Shown: piece by piece, positions 11,831 through 27,309 of the stretch | How the letters are laid out: every line of letters starts with the position of its first letter | Position numbering within the stretch: position 1 is the first letter of the stretch | Source: Eledone cirrhosa | Lineage: Eukaryota | NCBI GenBank assembly: GCA_964016885.1 | Contig: OZ024763.1 | Location: 29,016,001 to 29,080,000, forward strand | Direction of reading: 5' to 3' | Length of the DNA stretch: 64,000 nucleotides | The notes under the pieces: model-generated | What the model was told of the DNA's origin: nothing | Databases searched by the model: none | The model's input: the letters and a program-made list of their open reading frames with translations, nothing else | Position numbers and translations under genes: made by a program

Positions 11831-14800
11831 ACCAACAACAGCAGCATCAACAACACCACCACCACCACCAACACCACCACCACCACAACCATAACCACCA
11901 CCACCACCACCACTACCAGCACCACCAGCACCACCACCACCACCAGCATCACCACCACTACCAGCAGCACCACCACCACTGCCAGCACCACCAGCCCCAC
12001 CACCACCACCAGCACCACCACTACCAGCCCCACCACCAGCATCACCACCAGCACCACCACTACCAGCACCACCACCACCACCAGCACCACCACCACCACC
12101 ACCACTACCAGCACCACCACCACCAGCACCACCAGCACCACCACCACCAGCACCACCACCACCAGCACCACCAGCACCACCACCACCACCACCACCAGCA
12201 CCACCACCAGCACCAGCACCACTACCACCACCACGACTACCAGCACCACCACCACCACCAGAACCAGCACCACCACCACCACCACCAGCACCACCACTAC
12301 CAGCACCACCACCACCAGCACCACCACTACCAGCACCACCACAACTCCCCCCCCCTACTCACCATTGTCAACCTGGACAGGTTGAAAACGGATAGAGGAA
12401 TAATGGCTAGAATTGGTGGACTCTGGCGAAGGAGGATATGGTGTTGTTGGTGATGGTGGGGTGGTGTTGGTGATGGCAGGGTGGTGTTGGTGATGGTGGG
12501 GTGGTGTTGGTGATGGCAGGGTGGTGTTGGTGATAGTGGGGTGGTGTTGGTGATGGTGGGGTGGTGTTGTTGGTGATGGTGGGGTGGTGTTGTTGGTGAT
12601 GGTGGGATGGTGGTGTTGGTGATGGCGGGTTGGTGTTGTCTTGTGTGATGGATGGCGGTGTGGTGCATGGGGGAGAGATCATGATGATGGTAATAGTGTT
12701 TGTTGTTAGTGTTGTTGTTGTTGTTGTTGGTGTAATGGTGGTGGTGGTGTTGATTTTGGTATTGGTATTGTTGTTGTTGGTATTGGTGATGGTGGGGCGG
12801 TGTTGTCTTGTGTGATGAATGGCGGTGTGGTGCATGAGAGAGAGAGAGATGATGTTGATGGTAGTGTTTGTTGTTAGTGTTGTTGTTTTTGGTGTAGTGG
12901 TGGTGGCGGTGGTATTGATGTTGGTGGTGTTGATGTTGGCGTTGGTATTGTTGGTGTTGTCGTTGGTGATGGCGGGGCGGTGTTGTCTAGTGTGATGAAT
13001 GGCGGTGTGGTGCATGTGAGAGAGAGAGAGATGATGATAGTGCTGTGTTGTTGTTTGTGTAGTGACGGTGGCGGTGTTGATATTGATGTTGGTGATGTTG
13101 ATGTTGGCGTTGGTGTTATTGGTGTTGGTGTTATTGGTGTGGCGGCGTTGTCTTCTGTGATGGATGGTGGTGTAGTGCATGAGAGAGACATGCTGTTGCT
13201 ACTAATAGTGTTAGTTAATTGTTGTTGTTGTTGTTGTTTGTGCAGTGGTGGTGTTGGTGGTTGTGTTGTTGTTGGTGGAGGTGTCGTTAGTGTCGTTAGT
13301 GGCGGTGGTGTTGTTGTTTTTGTTGACGGTGTTGATGGTGTTGTTGTTGGTGGTGGAGGTGTCGTTAGTGTTGTTGGTGGTGGAGGTGTTGTTGGTGTTG
13401 TTGGTGGTGGAGGTGTTGTTGGTGTTGTTGGTGTTATTGTTGTTGTTGGTGGAGGTGTTGTTGGTGTTATTGTTGTTGGTGGTGGATGTGTTGTTGGTGT
13501 TGTTGGTGGTGGAGGTGTTGTTGGTATTGTTGGTGTTATTGTTGTTGTTGGTGGTGGAGGTGTTGTTGGTGTTATTGTTGTTGGTGGTGGATGTGTTGTT
13601 GGTGTTGTTGGTGGTGGAGGTGTTGTTGGTGTTGTTGGTGTTATTGTTGTTGTTGGTGGTGGAGGTGTTGTTGGTAGTTTGGGGTGCTGTGATGGCTGGA
13701 GGTGTGGTGTTGGTGATAACGGTGATGCTGCTAGTTGTGTTAATGTTTTTTCTCTGCTATTGTTGATGTTGTTTTTGGTAATGTTATTGTTAATATTGGA
13801 GGTGGTGTTGTTATTGTTGTTGTTTCATGGTGTTGTTGTTATTGTTATTGTTGTGGTTGTGGTCTTATTGTTGTTTTTGTCATTGGTTTATTGTTGGTTG
13901 TTGTTTTAGTTTTGTTGGTGGTGTTGTTATCGTTGTTGTTATTCGTATTATTGTTGTTGTTGTTATCGCTGTTGTTATTCGTATTATTGTTGTTGTTGTT
14001 GTTGTTATCGCTGTTATTTGTATTATTGTTGTTGTTGTTATCGCTGTTGTTATTTGTATTATTGTTGTTATTTGTATTATTGTTGTTGTTGTTGTTATCG
14101 CTGTTGTTATTCGTATTATTGTTGTTGTTGTTGTTATCGCTGTTGTTATTCGTATTATTGTTGTTGTTGTTGTTGTTGTTATCGCTGTTGTTATTCGTAT
14201 TATTGTTGTTGTTGTTGGTATTGTGTTTCGTATTATTGTTGTTGTTATTGTTGTTGTTATCATTGTTGCTGTTATTGTTGGTGATGGTGTTAGGGATGGC
14301 ATTGTTGTTGTTGTTGTTTAGTGGAGGTTCGGGGGAGGGAGGGAGAAAGGATGAGGGGAGGAGGGGCAGTTGTCCATCGCCTGGCAAGGAATAAGGCTTG
14401 GTCTTGATTTATCGCCTAATATTGTGCCCAAACGCCGTGGCTGTCTCAAATGTTGCCTGTTTGCCCCCCCCCAACCCCACCAACACCACACTACTACTAC
14501 TACTAGTGCTGCTACTATAACTACTGCTACTACTGCTACTACTACTGCTGGTGCTGCTACAACAACAACAACTACTACTACTGCTGCTACTACTACTACT
14601 ACTACTGCTACTAACTACTACTACTACTGCTACTAACTACTACTTCTACTGCTACTACTACTACTGCTACTACGACTACTGCTACTTCTACTACTGCTAC
14701 TAACTACTACTACTATTGCTACTGCTACTACTACTACTACTACTACTACTATTACTACTACAATCAACACTGCAGCCATTACTACCACTGCTACTACTGA

Positions 14801-15559
14801 TACAATTGGGGGGATGGTGCTACTACGAGTGGATTGAAAGTTGCATATGATGATGATGATGATGATTGTGGTGGTGATGGTGGTGCATGTGGTGGTGATG
14901 GTGGTGGTGATGATGGTGATGAGGGAGGTGATGACGATGATGATGATGGTGATGATGATGAGGATGATGGTGATGGTGATGATGATGATGGTGATGGTGA
15001 TGATGATGATGGTGATGGTGATGGAGGTGATGAGGGAGGTGATGATGATGATGATGGTGGTGGTGATGGTGATGATGGTGGTGATGGTGATGGTGATGAT
15101 GATGATGGTGATGGCGATGATGATGATGGTGGTGATGATGATGGTGGTGGTGATGATGATGGAGGTGGTGATGGTGGTGGTGATGGTGATGATGGTGGTG
15201 ATGGTGATGAGGATTTTAATGAAGACGTTGATGATAATGGTGATGACTGCGATGCTGATGACGATGATGAAGATAATGGAATGATGCTGATGACTGATGT
15301 TGATGATGAAGAAGAAGATGATGGTGGTGGTGATGGCGATGATGACCAGTTCTTACATTCAAACAATACAAATAAATTTAAAGAGGGATTGTTTATTATC
15401 CAATTGTCAACTCTATCAATACTATCGATCACCACCACCACCACCACTACTACCACTACTACTATTACTACTACTACTACTACTACTACCACCACTACTA
15501 CCACTACCACTACTACTACTACTATTACTACCACCACTACTACTACTATTACTACCACC

Positions 15560-15591
<32 letters not shown>

Positions 15592-15592
15592 C

Positions 15593-15633
<41 letters not shown>

Positions 15634-16005
15634 CACTACCACTACTACTACTACCACCACCACTACCACTACTACCACTACCACTACTACCACTACTAAT
15701 ACTACTACTACCACCACCACTACTACTACCACCACCACCACCACCACCACCACCACCACCACCACCACCACTACCACCACCACCACTACTACTACCACCA
15801 CTACCACTACTATTACTATTGCTACTACTACTACTAATACTACTACCACTACTACTAGTATTACTACTACTACTACCACCACCACCACTACTACTACTAC
15901 TACCACCACCACCACCACTACTACTACTACTACCACCACTACCACTACTACTACTATTACTATTGCTACTACTACTACTAATACTACTACCACTACTACT
16001 AGTAT

Positions 16006-16053
<48 letters not shown>

Positions 16054-17146
16054 CACTACTACCACTACTACTACCACTACCACCACTACCACCACTACTA
16101 CTACTACTACTACTATGATGATGATGGCAATTATGAATATGATTATAGTGATTATGATGATAAAAAGATGACACAAATAATGTGTGTGCGCACGCGCATG
16201 TGTGTGTTTGTGTTTGTGCATGTACATATATATATATGTGTGCGCGTGAGTGTGTACCTGTATGTGTGTGTGAGTGTGTGTGTATGTGAGTGTGTGTATG
16301 TGAGTGTGTATGTACATATATATGAGTGTGTGAGTACCTGTGTGAGTGTGTGTGTGAGTGTGTATGTGTATGCACATATATGTGTGTGTGTGTGTGTGTG
16401 TGTGTACCTTTATGTGTCTGAATGTACGTGAGTGTGTGTGTGTATGAGTGTGTATGTGCATGCACACACATATATATGTGTGAGTGTACCTTTATATGAG
16501 TGGATGTGTGAGTGTGTGCATGTACATGTATGTGTGTGTGAGTGTAAGTGTAAGTGTCTGTGTGCGCGTGTCTGTACCTGCATGTATGTGTATGTGTATG
16601 TATTTGTGCGTATGTATTTGTGTGTGTATGTATTTGTGTGTATGTATTTGTGTGTGTGTATGTGTGTGTCTAAGAGAAGACCAGCCAAGTCGGTAAAAGG
16701 TGCTGTCACGTAATTGGAACAATTAGAATACTGAAAGGTCAGAGGTGAAAGGTTGAAGACGACCACCGGTAGGTGGCGCTGTGCTGTTGTCGCAAATGTC
16801 AGCCATTTAAAAATTACATACACACACATACACACACATATATATATACATGGACATACATACATACACATGCATACACACACATACATACACACATACT
16901 GTCATATGCACGTATGCATGTTTATATTTATATATATATGTAATTATATTATATTATAAATATATATATGTGTGTGTGTATATATATGTATATATATATG
17001 TATATATATATATGTATAAATATATATATATACATATATATATATATACATAATATACATACATATTTATATATATATATATATATGTATGTATGTACAT
17101 ATACATACAAATATGCATATATAGACACATACACACACACACACAC

Positions 17147-17240
<94 letters not shown>

Positions 17241-17254
17241 CACATATATATACA

Positions 17255-17300
<46 letters not shown>

Positions 17301-18738
17301 CAGTTGCAAGTTAGTAAAATATTTCTATGGGAAAGATGACAAGGCAAGGTCAGACATAAGAGGAAGAAACCTCCTGTTGACTTACTGTGGTGGTGGTGGT
17401 GGTGGTGATGGTGGTGGTGGTGGTGGTAGTGGTGGTGGTGGTGGTGGTGGTGGTGGCGGTAGTGGTGCGGTGGTGGTGGTGGTGGTGGTGGTGGTGGTGG
17501 TGGTAGTGGTGGCGGTGGTGATGGTGGTGGTAGTGGTGGTGGTGGTGGTGGTGGTGGTGGTAGTGGTGCGGTGGTGGTGGTGGTTTGGTGGTGGTGGTGG
17601 TGATGGTGGTGTTGGTGGTGTTGTTGTTGGTGATGGTGGTGGTGGTCGTGGTTCTGGCGGTGGTTGTGGTGGTGGTGGTGGTAGTGGCTACAGCCACTAC
17701 CGCCACCACGTTCACAACCAACATCACTAGCACCACAACCACCACCACCACCACTACAACCACCACCACCACCACCACCACCACAACCACAACTACCACC
17801 ACCACCACCTCTATCCCTCTAGTCACTATAGCCAGCACCAACACAAGCAGCCAATGCAGGTCCACCATCACCATCACTACTATAACTAGCAGAAAATACC
17901 ACTACCGAACCATCATCATCACTAGTATAGTCACTAATACCACCACCACCACCACCTCTACCACGACGACGGCGACGACAACTACCATTAACATCACCAA
18001 AACCAACACTACCACCACCACCACTACCACTACCACCAACAACACTACCACCACCACCACCAACAACAACACTAACACCACCACCACCATAATCAGCACC
18101 ACCACTACTTCCACCACCAAGACCACCAGCACTAACAACACCACCGCCACCATCATAATCAGAACCACCACTACTACCACCACAACCCCCCACAACCACC
18201 ACCACTACAACTACCACCACCACCACCACCACAGCCACTACCACCACCAACACAACCACCACCACTACCACCACCACCACCACCACAGCCACTACCACCA
18301 ACACCACCAACACAACCACCACCACCAACACCACCAACACAACCACCACCACCACCACCAAAACCACCACCACCACCACCACCAACACAACCACCACCAC
18401 CACCAACACAACCACCACCACCAACACAACCACCACCACCACCGCCACTACCACCACCAGCCAACAATATTCGCCAGAACGTCTTGAGCCTTGCTGAATA
18501 TCACGCAAAAACTGTCTCCATTCTGTGAGATGAAAGTGATTAGCTAGATCGGAAATGAAACCTTTTTTCTTTTGATGGAATCGCTTTAATCTCTGCCACT
18601 CCATTAATACCAATAGTACTACCCCCCCACACACACACACACAACCACACCCACACACACATTCACACACAGAGAGACACACACAGACACACACTCACAC
18701 ACTCTCCCTCTTTCTCATATTTCACTACATCCTCACTG

Positions 18739-18952
<214 letters not shown>

Positions 18953-19644
18953 TATTATGTATGTATATATAGAAACGATCGTAAAGCAGTGAAGTATATT
19001 TCTAATGACTTGATTTTTTTATTTCATTGTTATAACGTATGTATATATATATATATATACATACATACATACACACACACGCACACAAGTTTATTGCAAT
19101 CTATTTTAATGCCACTTTGAAATCATTTTTCAACACTACTTAACTTATTTCCTTATTTACCTGTACAGGTATTCGGGTAATTGTTCTCACGTAACAATAC
19201 ACCTGACAGCATTTTTATTCGTTACATTTTCTTAATGCTCTTATCCTCATTCTTATGTAGATTTTTGTTGTTGTTGTTATATTTGCTGTTGTTGTCATTG
19301 TAGTAGTTCTTGAATTTTTGAATTTTTTTTTTTCGTGTGTGCTTGGGTGGGGGTGGGTGTGGGCTGGGATGGTTGGGTTGTTAGGTCAAGTTCTCGGATG
19401 ACGTCAGATGATGGTGTCGGATGTTGTGAGACAAGGTGAGATGATGTGGAATCATGTGAAGTGATGTCAGAATGATGTGAGATGTGAGGTGTATGAGACA
19501 AAGCCTAATACAATGAAATTAAATGAAAAAAAAAATAAAGTATTTATTTAACTAATATTTAAACGGAAATTAGATTTAATTTTGTGATTATCTCATTCAT
19601 AATCCTGTTTACCGGGACTATTTGACTTTAATTGAGCGTGTGCT

Positions 19645-19677
<33 letters not shown>

Positions 19678-19678
<1 letters not shown>

Positions 19679-19877
19679 ACGAAGGAAATGTGGTAAGGAA
19701 CCAGGTGGACCATAACGCACCAAAGTACTCAATACTTGAGGTAGTAGAGTGGGTAATAGGAACCAGTAAGACCCCGACAACTGAGCTCAAGCCGTTTCGA
19801 CGGCTAATTCTGGACTCAGTCCAGAATTAGCCATCGAAACGGCTTGAGCTCAGCTGTCGGGGTCTTACTGGTTCCTA
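19678..19877. mobile_element. Family A PLE-like element with ~57-bp inverted duplication
   Basis: Arms ~19759-19815 and ~19819-19876, both carrying the GAAACGGC...GYTGTC hammerhead half. (TA)n flanks. Confidence 0.75.
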
Positions 19878-19961
19878 TATATATATATATATATATAGCG
19901 GTTTCTGTCCCTTACGATTTGAAAGTGTATAGTTATATATCTGTGTTCGTACCTCTTTACT

Positions 19962-20060
<99 letters not shown>

Positions 20061-20391
20061 TAAGATATAAAAACAATTATCCTTCTTAGTTTTATGTTTC
20101 GAATGATAGAGCTATAATATATATGTATTCTGTCTTACGTCCATTTGTTATTGTTGCACTGGAAGTAGTGGTATCGGCCTTAAAAATACCGAAACCACGG
20201 CTGTGTTGAGACTTAGAGAAATGATAGGCTCCCGCATGCTTCAATTATCCCCACACATCCCGGATGTCACCAGGGTGCCCCTATGACATTACCAGGTGCT
20301 ACATACATATTTACATATATATATATATATGTATATATATAATACGTTCATATATCCATTTTGTTATCAAGAATAAGGTTTCTTCATAAGA

Positions 20392-20422
<31 letters not shown>

Positions 20423-22309
20423 CCACTCTCTCAGTACAACATGGAGATAATAAAAAAGAATGGCCTTTATATAGAAGCATACATACACACACATGCAAGT
20501 ATACACACAAATATATATACACACACGCACACATATACACACACATTATATATATATATATATATATATATATAGATACAGACACATACACACACACACA
20601 CCCCTATATATATATATATATACAGACACAAATACACACAAACACACACATATATATACATATATATACCCTCATCTCATCAATCAACACACACTCCATT
20701 GCATATAAAGAATAAATGAAAAAAGTAACGGAAACCTACGGACGGTGACGGAATCAGTCTCCGTAAAATCGTCATATATTCATTTAATTTTGTTTTTGTT
20801 GTGTTTTGGTTTGTGCCACAATATACACTACCACCACCACCTCCACTACTACCAATACCACAGCCAGCCACTACCTCTACTACCATCACTACAATCACCA
20901 CCACCATTTCACTACCATCACTGCCACTAACACTTCTGCCACCCACACCACCACCAACACCACTACAATCACAATCACCATCACTACCACCACCACTATC
21001 CCCACCACCACCACCACGACTCACACCACCACTGCCCACCATCCAACACTACTACTACCACAATCACCACCACTGACCCCACCAACACCATTGCCATCAC
21101 AATCATTACTGCTACCACTACTACCATTATCACACTCACCACCACTACCACTACCACTACCACTGCAACTACTACCACCCACATCACCTCCATCACAATT
21201 ACTACAAACACCACCAATACCATCAGCCCAACCACCACCACCACCTTCATCACAATCACCACAACCATCACAGCACCACTACCACCACTGCCACTACTGC
21301 CAGCCACACCACCACCACCACCACCACTACCATCATCACAATCAACACCACCAAAATTGTCGCCAGACCTGCCACTACCAACACCACCACCACCACCACC
21401 AGCACTACTGTCACTACCACCACCACCACTATCACCACCAAACCACCATTACCAACACCACCACCACCACTATCACTACCAACACAATCACCATTACCAC
21501 CACCTCTACCACAACCACCACCACTACCACCACCACTACCACCACCACCATCACTACCACCAACATCACCACCACCATCAACACAACTACCCCCTCCCCC
21601 ACACAACCATCAATACCACCAATACCACCAACACCATGACCACCACCAACACCACTACCCACCACACCACCACCAATATCACTACCACCAACACCACCAC
21701 CACCAACAACACTATCACCCCCACCAACACTATCACCACCACCACCACAACTACCACCACCGTCACTACCACCAACACCACTACCCCCCACACCACCACC
21801 AATACTACCACCACCACCACCAATACCACTACCTCCCACACCACCACCACCAACACTATCACCCCCACCACCAACACCACCACCATCACTACCACCACCA
21901 CCACCATCACCACCACTACCGCCACCACCACCACCACCACCACCACTATCACCCCCACCACCAACACCACCACCATCACTATCACCACCACCACCACCAC
22001 CACAACCACTCAGCTATAACGACTTTTTAAAAGCTCATATATCTAACGACCACTACCTTAATAACCCTCACCTACACAATTAGTCATTCTCCTCACACTA
22101 TTACTCAATCATTTACTCATACTCTACTTACCCACACTCCCTCTCACCTTCTTCCACTCCATTACTGCCCCTCTGCCTCACCCACACCCCGTCCCACCAA
22201 TAACAACACGAACAACTTAACTATATATATATATATATATATATATGTATCTCTCTCTCTATATATATATATATATTATATATATATATATATATATATC
22301 ATATATATA

Positions 22310-22364
<55 letters not shown>

Positions 22365-22425
22365 AAATATATATATAATTATATATATAAATATATATAT
22401 ATATATGTATAAATATATATATAAT

Positions 22426-22477
<52 letters not shown>

Positions 22478-23379
22478 TATATGTATAAATATATATATAT
22501 ATATATGTATAAATATATATATATATATATATATGTATAAATATATATATATATATATGTATAAATATATATATATATATATATGTATAAATATATATAT
22601 ATATATATATATAATTTTATATATATGGTGGTGTGAGTATATATATATATATACTCACCCCCCCCCCCCCCCACCACCACCACCACCACTACAACAACAA
22701 GTAAGTCAAGTGAAAGAGAGTGGGGAGAGAGAGAGAGAAAGAAGGAGGGATATGGAAGAGAAGAAATTGACGACGAGAGGGATACTACGGTTTAGAACTA
22801 TGGAGGTCTGATGTCCAGAACCGTGACGACGAGAGGAAAAAAAAAAAAAAATAATAATTATAAAACGAGAAAAAAAACCCAGAAAAAAATGAGAAAAAAA
22901 ATGAGAAAAAAAATGAGAAAAAAAGAGAAAAAAAAAGAAATAATGTGAAAAAAACGAGAAAAAAGACGAGAAAAATTGAGGAAGATAAAGAAGAAAAATG
23001 AAACGAGAAAAGAAAACAAGAAAAAAAAACGAGAGAAAACGAGAAAAAAAGATGAGAAAAAATGAGAAAAAAAGAAAATAAGAAAGAAACTAGAAAAAAG
23101 ACGAGAAAGAAAGAAATAGGAAAGAAACGAGGAAAGAAAACAAGAAAAAAAAAGACGACAAAAAAGACGAGAAAATTCAAAATTATGGGAATCCCCCCGC
23201 CAAAATCTTGTACCTCCTTCACTCTTGCTTTCTTTCTCATTATCTTCATTTACCTCTTTATCTTCTTCTCCTACGACTTCATCTTCATTTTTCTATTAAA
23301 TCCTATTTTCATCATCATTCTTTTAACTCTCAATTCTCAATCATTCTTCACTTTACTTCCTCATTAGTTTAAACATCGT

Positions 23380-23692
23380 CTTAATTCTTCAGCATCATTG
23401 TTCTTCATAATCCTAGTTCTTCTTCCTATTTTTCTTCATCATTCTTCTTCGTTAATAGTCTAGTTAATCCTAGTTTGGCTTCCTTCTTCGTTTTTCTCTA
23501 TCATTTATGTATATAACCTTCACCTTAATTCTTCAGCATCATTCTTCTTCATAATCCTAGTTCTTCTTCCTATTTTTCTTCATCATTCTTCTTCGTTAAT
23601 AGTCTAGTTAATCCTAGTTTGGCATCTTTCTTCGTTTTTCTCTATCATTTATGTATATAACCTTCCCCTTAATTCTTCAGCATCATTCTTCA
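23380..23692 (+). repeat. 144-bp tandem duplication (~2.2 copies)
   Basis: ttaattcttcagcatcatt at 23381, 23525 and 23669. Confidence 0.85.
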
Positions 23693-23719
23693 ATTTTTTT
23701 AATTAAATCCTTCTTTTTT

Positions 23720-26700
23720 TTCTCTCACTTATTCTTAGGAGAGTCCTCAAACAGTCCTCTAGGGGGTGCTGTCAGAGGTAACCATCTCCAGTTGATCGGC
23801 TGGATCCCCAAGCGAGATGAACCGAGCACAGGGAAGTTATCCAACCATCTTGCTCGGGAGTGTTACTCCTCGGTCTTCTTTTTCTTCATCTTCTTCTCCT
23901 TCGCTCACTTATTCTTAGGAGTGTCCTCAAACAGTCGTTCCAGGGGCATGGGCCGAGCACAGGGAAGTTATCCTACTATCTTGCTCGGGAGTGTTACTCC
24001 TCGGTCTTCTTTTTCTTCATCTTCTTCTCCTTCGCTCACTTATTCTTAGGAGAGTCCTCAAACAGTCGTTCCAGGGGCATGGGCCGAGCACAGGGAAGTT
24101 ATCCTACTATCTTGCTCGGGAGTGTTACTCCTCGGTCTTCTTTTTCTTCATCTTCTTCTCCTTCGCTCACTTATTCTTAGGAGAGTCCTCAAACAGTCGT
24201 TCCAGGGGCATGGGCCGAGCACAGGGAAGTTATCCTACTATCTTGCTCGGGAGTGTTACTCCTCGGTCTTCTTTTTCTTCATCTTCTTCTCCTTCGCTCA
24301 CTTATTCTTAGGAGAGTCCTCAAACAGTCGTTCCAGGGGCATGGACCGAGCACAGGGAAGTTATCCTACTATCTTGCTCGGGAGTGTTACTCCTCGGTCT
24401 TCTTTTTCTTCATCTTCTTCTCCTTCGCTCACTTATTCTTAGGAGAGTCCTCAAACAGTCGTTCCAGGGGCATGGACCGAGCACAGGGAAGTTATCCAAC
24501 CATCTTGCTCGGGAGTGTTACTCCTCGGTCTTCATTTTCTTCATCTTCTTCTCCTTCGCTCACTTATTCTTAGGAGAGTCCTCAAACAGTCGTTCCAGGG
24601 GCATGGACCGAGCACAGGGAAGTTATCCAACCATCTTGCTCGGGAGTGTTACTCCTCGGTCTTCTTTTTCTTCATCTTCTTCTCCTTCGCTCACTTATTC
24701 TTAGGAGAGTCCTCAAACAGTCGTTCCAGGGGCATGGGCCGAGCACAGGGAAGTTATCCTACTATCTTGCTCGGGAGTGTTACTCCTCGGTCTTCTTTTT
24801 CTTCATCTTCTTCTCCTTCGCTCACTTATTCTTAGGAGAGTCCTCAAACAGTCGTTCCAGGGGCATGGACCGAGCACAGGGAAGTTATCCTACTATCTTG
24901 CTCGGGAGTGTTACTCCTCGGTCTTCTTTTTCTTCATCTTCTTCTCCTTCGCTCACTTATTCTTAGGAGAGTCCTCAAACAGTCGTTCCAGGGGCATGGG
25001 CCGAGCACAGGGAAGTTATCCTACTATCTTGCTCGGGAGTGTTACTCCTCGGTCTTCTTTTTCTTCATCTTCTTCTCCTTCGCTCACTTATTCTTAGGAG
25101 AGTCCTCAAACAGTCGTTCCAGGGGCATGGACCGAGCACAGGGAAGTTATCCTACCATCTTGCTCGGGAGTGTTACTCCTCGGTCTTCTTTTTCTTCATC
25201 TTCTTCTCCTTCGTTCACTTATTCTTAGGAGAGTCCTCAAACAGTCGTTCCAGGGGCATGGGCCGAGCACAGGGAAGTTATCCTACTATCTTGCTCGGGA
25301 GTGTTACTCCTCGGTCTTCTTTTTCTTCATCTTCTTCTCCTTCGCTCACTTATTCTTAGGAGAGTCCTCAAACAGTCGTTCCAGGGGCATGGACCGAGCA
25401 CAGGGAAGTTATCCTACTATCTTGCTCGGGAGTGTTACTCCTCGGTCTTCTTTTTCTTCATCTTCTTCTCCTTCGCTCACTTATTCTTAGGAGAGTCCTC
25501 AAACAGTCGTTCCAGGGGCATGGACCGAGCACAGGGAAGTTATCCTACCATCTTGCTCGGGAGTGTTACTCCTCGGTCTTCTTTTTCTTCATCTTCTTCT
25601 CCTTCGCTCACTTATTCTTAGGAGAGTCCTCAAACAGTCGTTCCAGGGGCATGGGCCGAGCACAGGGAAGTTATCCTACTATCTTGCTCGGGAGTGTTAC
25701 TCCTCGGTCTTCTTTTTCTTCATCTTCTTCTCCTTCGCTCACTTATTCTTAGGAGAGTCCTCAAACAGTCGTTCCAGGGGCATGGACCGAGCACAGGGAA
25801 GTTATCCAACCATCTTGCTCGGGAGTGTTACTCCTCGGTCTTCTTTTTCTTCATCTTCTTCTCCTTCGCTCACTTATTCTTAGGAGAGTCCTCAAACAGT
25901 CGTTCCAGGGGCATGGACCGAGCACAGGGAAGTTATCCTACCATCTTGCTCGGGAGTGTTACTCCTCGGTCTTCTTTTTCTTCATCTTCTTCTCCTTCGC
26001 TCACTTATTCTTAGGAGAGTCCTCAAACAGTCGTTCCAGGGGCATGGGCCGAGCACAGGGAAGTTATCCTACTATCTTGCTCGGGAGTGTTACTCCTCGG
26101 TCTTCTTTTTCTTCATCTTCTTCTCCTTCGCTCACTTATTCTTAGGAGAGTCCTCAAACAGTCGTTCCAGGGGCATGGACCGAGCACAGGGAAGTTATCC
26201 AACCATCTTGCTCGGGAGTGTTACTCCTCGGTCTTCTTTTTCTTCATCTTCTTCTCCTTCGCTCACTTATTCTTAGGAGAGTCCTCAAACAGTCGTTCCA
26301 GGGGCATGGACCGAGCACAGGGAAGTTATCCTACCATCTTGCTCGGGAGTGTTACTCCTCGGTCTTCTTTTTCTTCATCTTCTTCTCCTTCGCTCACTTA
26401 TTCTTAGGAGAGTCCTCAAACAGTCGTTCCAGGGGCATGGGCCGAGCACAGGGAAGTTATCCTACTATCTTGCTCGGGAGTGTTACTCCTCGGTCTTCTT
26501 TTTCTTCATCTTCTTCTCCTTCGCTCACTTATTCTTAGGAGAGTCCTCAAACAGTCGTTCCAGGGGCATGGACCGAGCACAGGGAAGTTATCCTACCATC
26601 TTGCTCGGGAGTGTTACTCCTCGGTCTTCTTTTTCTTCATCTTCTTCTCCTTCGCTCACTTATTCTTAGGAGAGTCCTCAAACAGTCGTTCCAGGGGCAT

Positions 26701-27135
26701 GGGCCGAGCACAGGGAAGTTATCCTACTATCTTGCTCGGGAGTGTTACTCCTCGGTCTTCTTTTTCTTCATCTTCTTCTCCTTCGCTCACTTATTCTTAG
26801 GAGAGTCCTCAAACAGTCGTTCCAGGGGCATGGACCGAGCACAGGGAAGTTATCCTACTATCTTGCTCGGGAGTGTTACTCCTCGGTCTTCTTTTTCTTC
26901 ATCTTCTTCTCCTTCGCTCACTTATTCTTAGGAGAGTCCTCAAACAGTCGTTCCAGGGGCATGGGCCGAGCACAGGAAAGTTATCCTACCATCTTGCTCG
27001 GGAGTGTTACTCCTCGGTCTTCTTTTTCTTCATCTTCTTCTCCTTCGCTCACTTATTCTTAGGAGAGTCCTCAAACAGTCGTTCCAGGGGCATGAACTGA
27101 GCACAAGGAAGCTATCCAACCATCTTGCTCGGGGT
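23720..27135. repeat. 131-bp satellite, ~25-26 highly homogeneous copies
   Basis: ORF-track starts recur every 131 nt from 23860 to 27004. Units differ mostly at two variable sites. Confidence 0.95.
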
Positions 27136-27179
27136 TTTACTCCTAACTCGTCTTCCTCTCCCTATTCTTCTTCTTCTCG

Positions 27180-27290
27180 TCGCAGGGTTGGACCCCCAGC
27201 TATCGCTGGTATTCATTTTCAGCTGAGTATACTGGCGCCACGTGAAGTAAAGTGTTATGTTCAAGGACTCAACACCGTCCAGGTATCGAC
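27180..27290 (-). mobile_element. SINE family 1 body abutting the 131-bp satellite
   Basis: Reverse complement: gtgttgagtccttgaacataacactttacttcacgtggcgccagtatactcagctg, similar to the gtgttcttgagcaaaacacttcatttcacgttgctccag domain. Confidence 0.6.
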
Positions 27291-27309
27291 ACTTGAAATA
27301 GCAGGAAGA

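Noticed and set aside
20155-20215. ggtat...atacc-GAAA-ccacggctgtgtt
   Set aside because: No intact CUGANGA or helix I.
23820-27135. 131-bp unit as a ribozyme (HDV-like, twister, hammerhead) or CRISPR array
   Set aside because: It has stems (e.g. GACCGAG/CTCGGTC), but I could not place P1.1/P3/L3, twister or CUGANGA/GAAA cores on either strand. No unique spacers.
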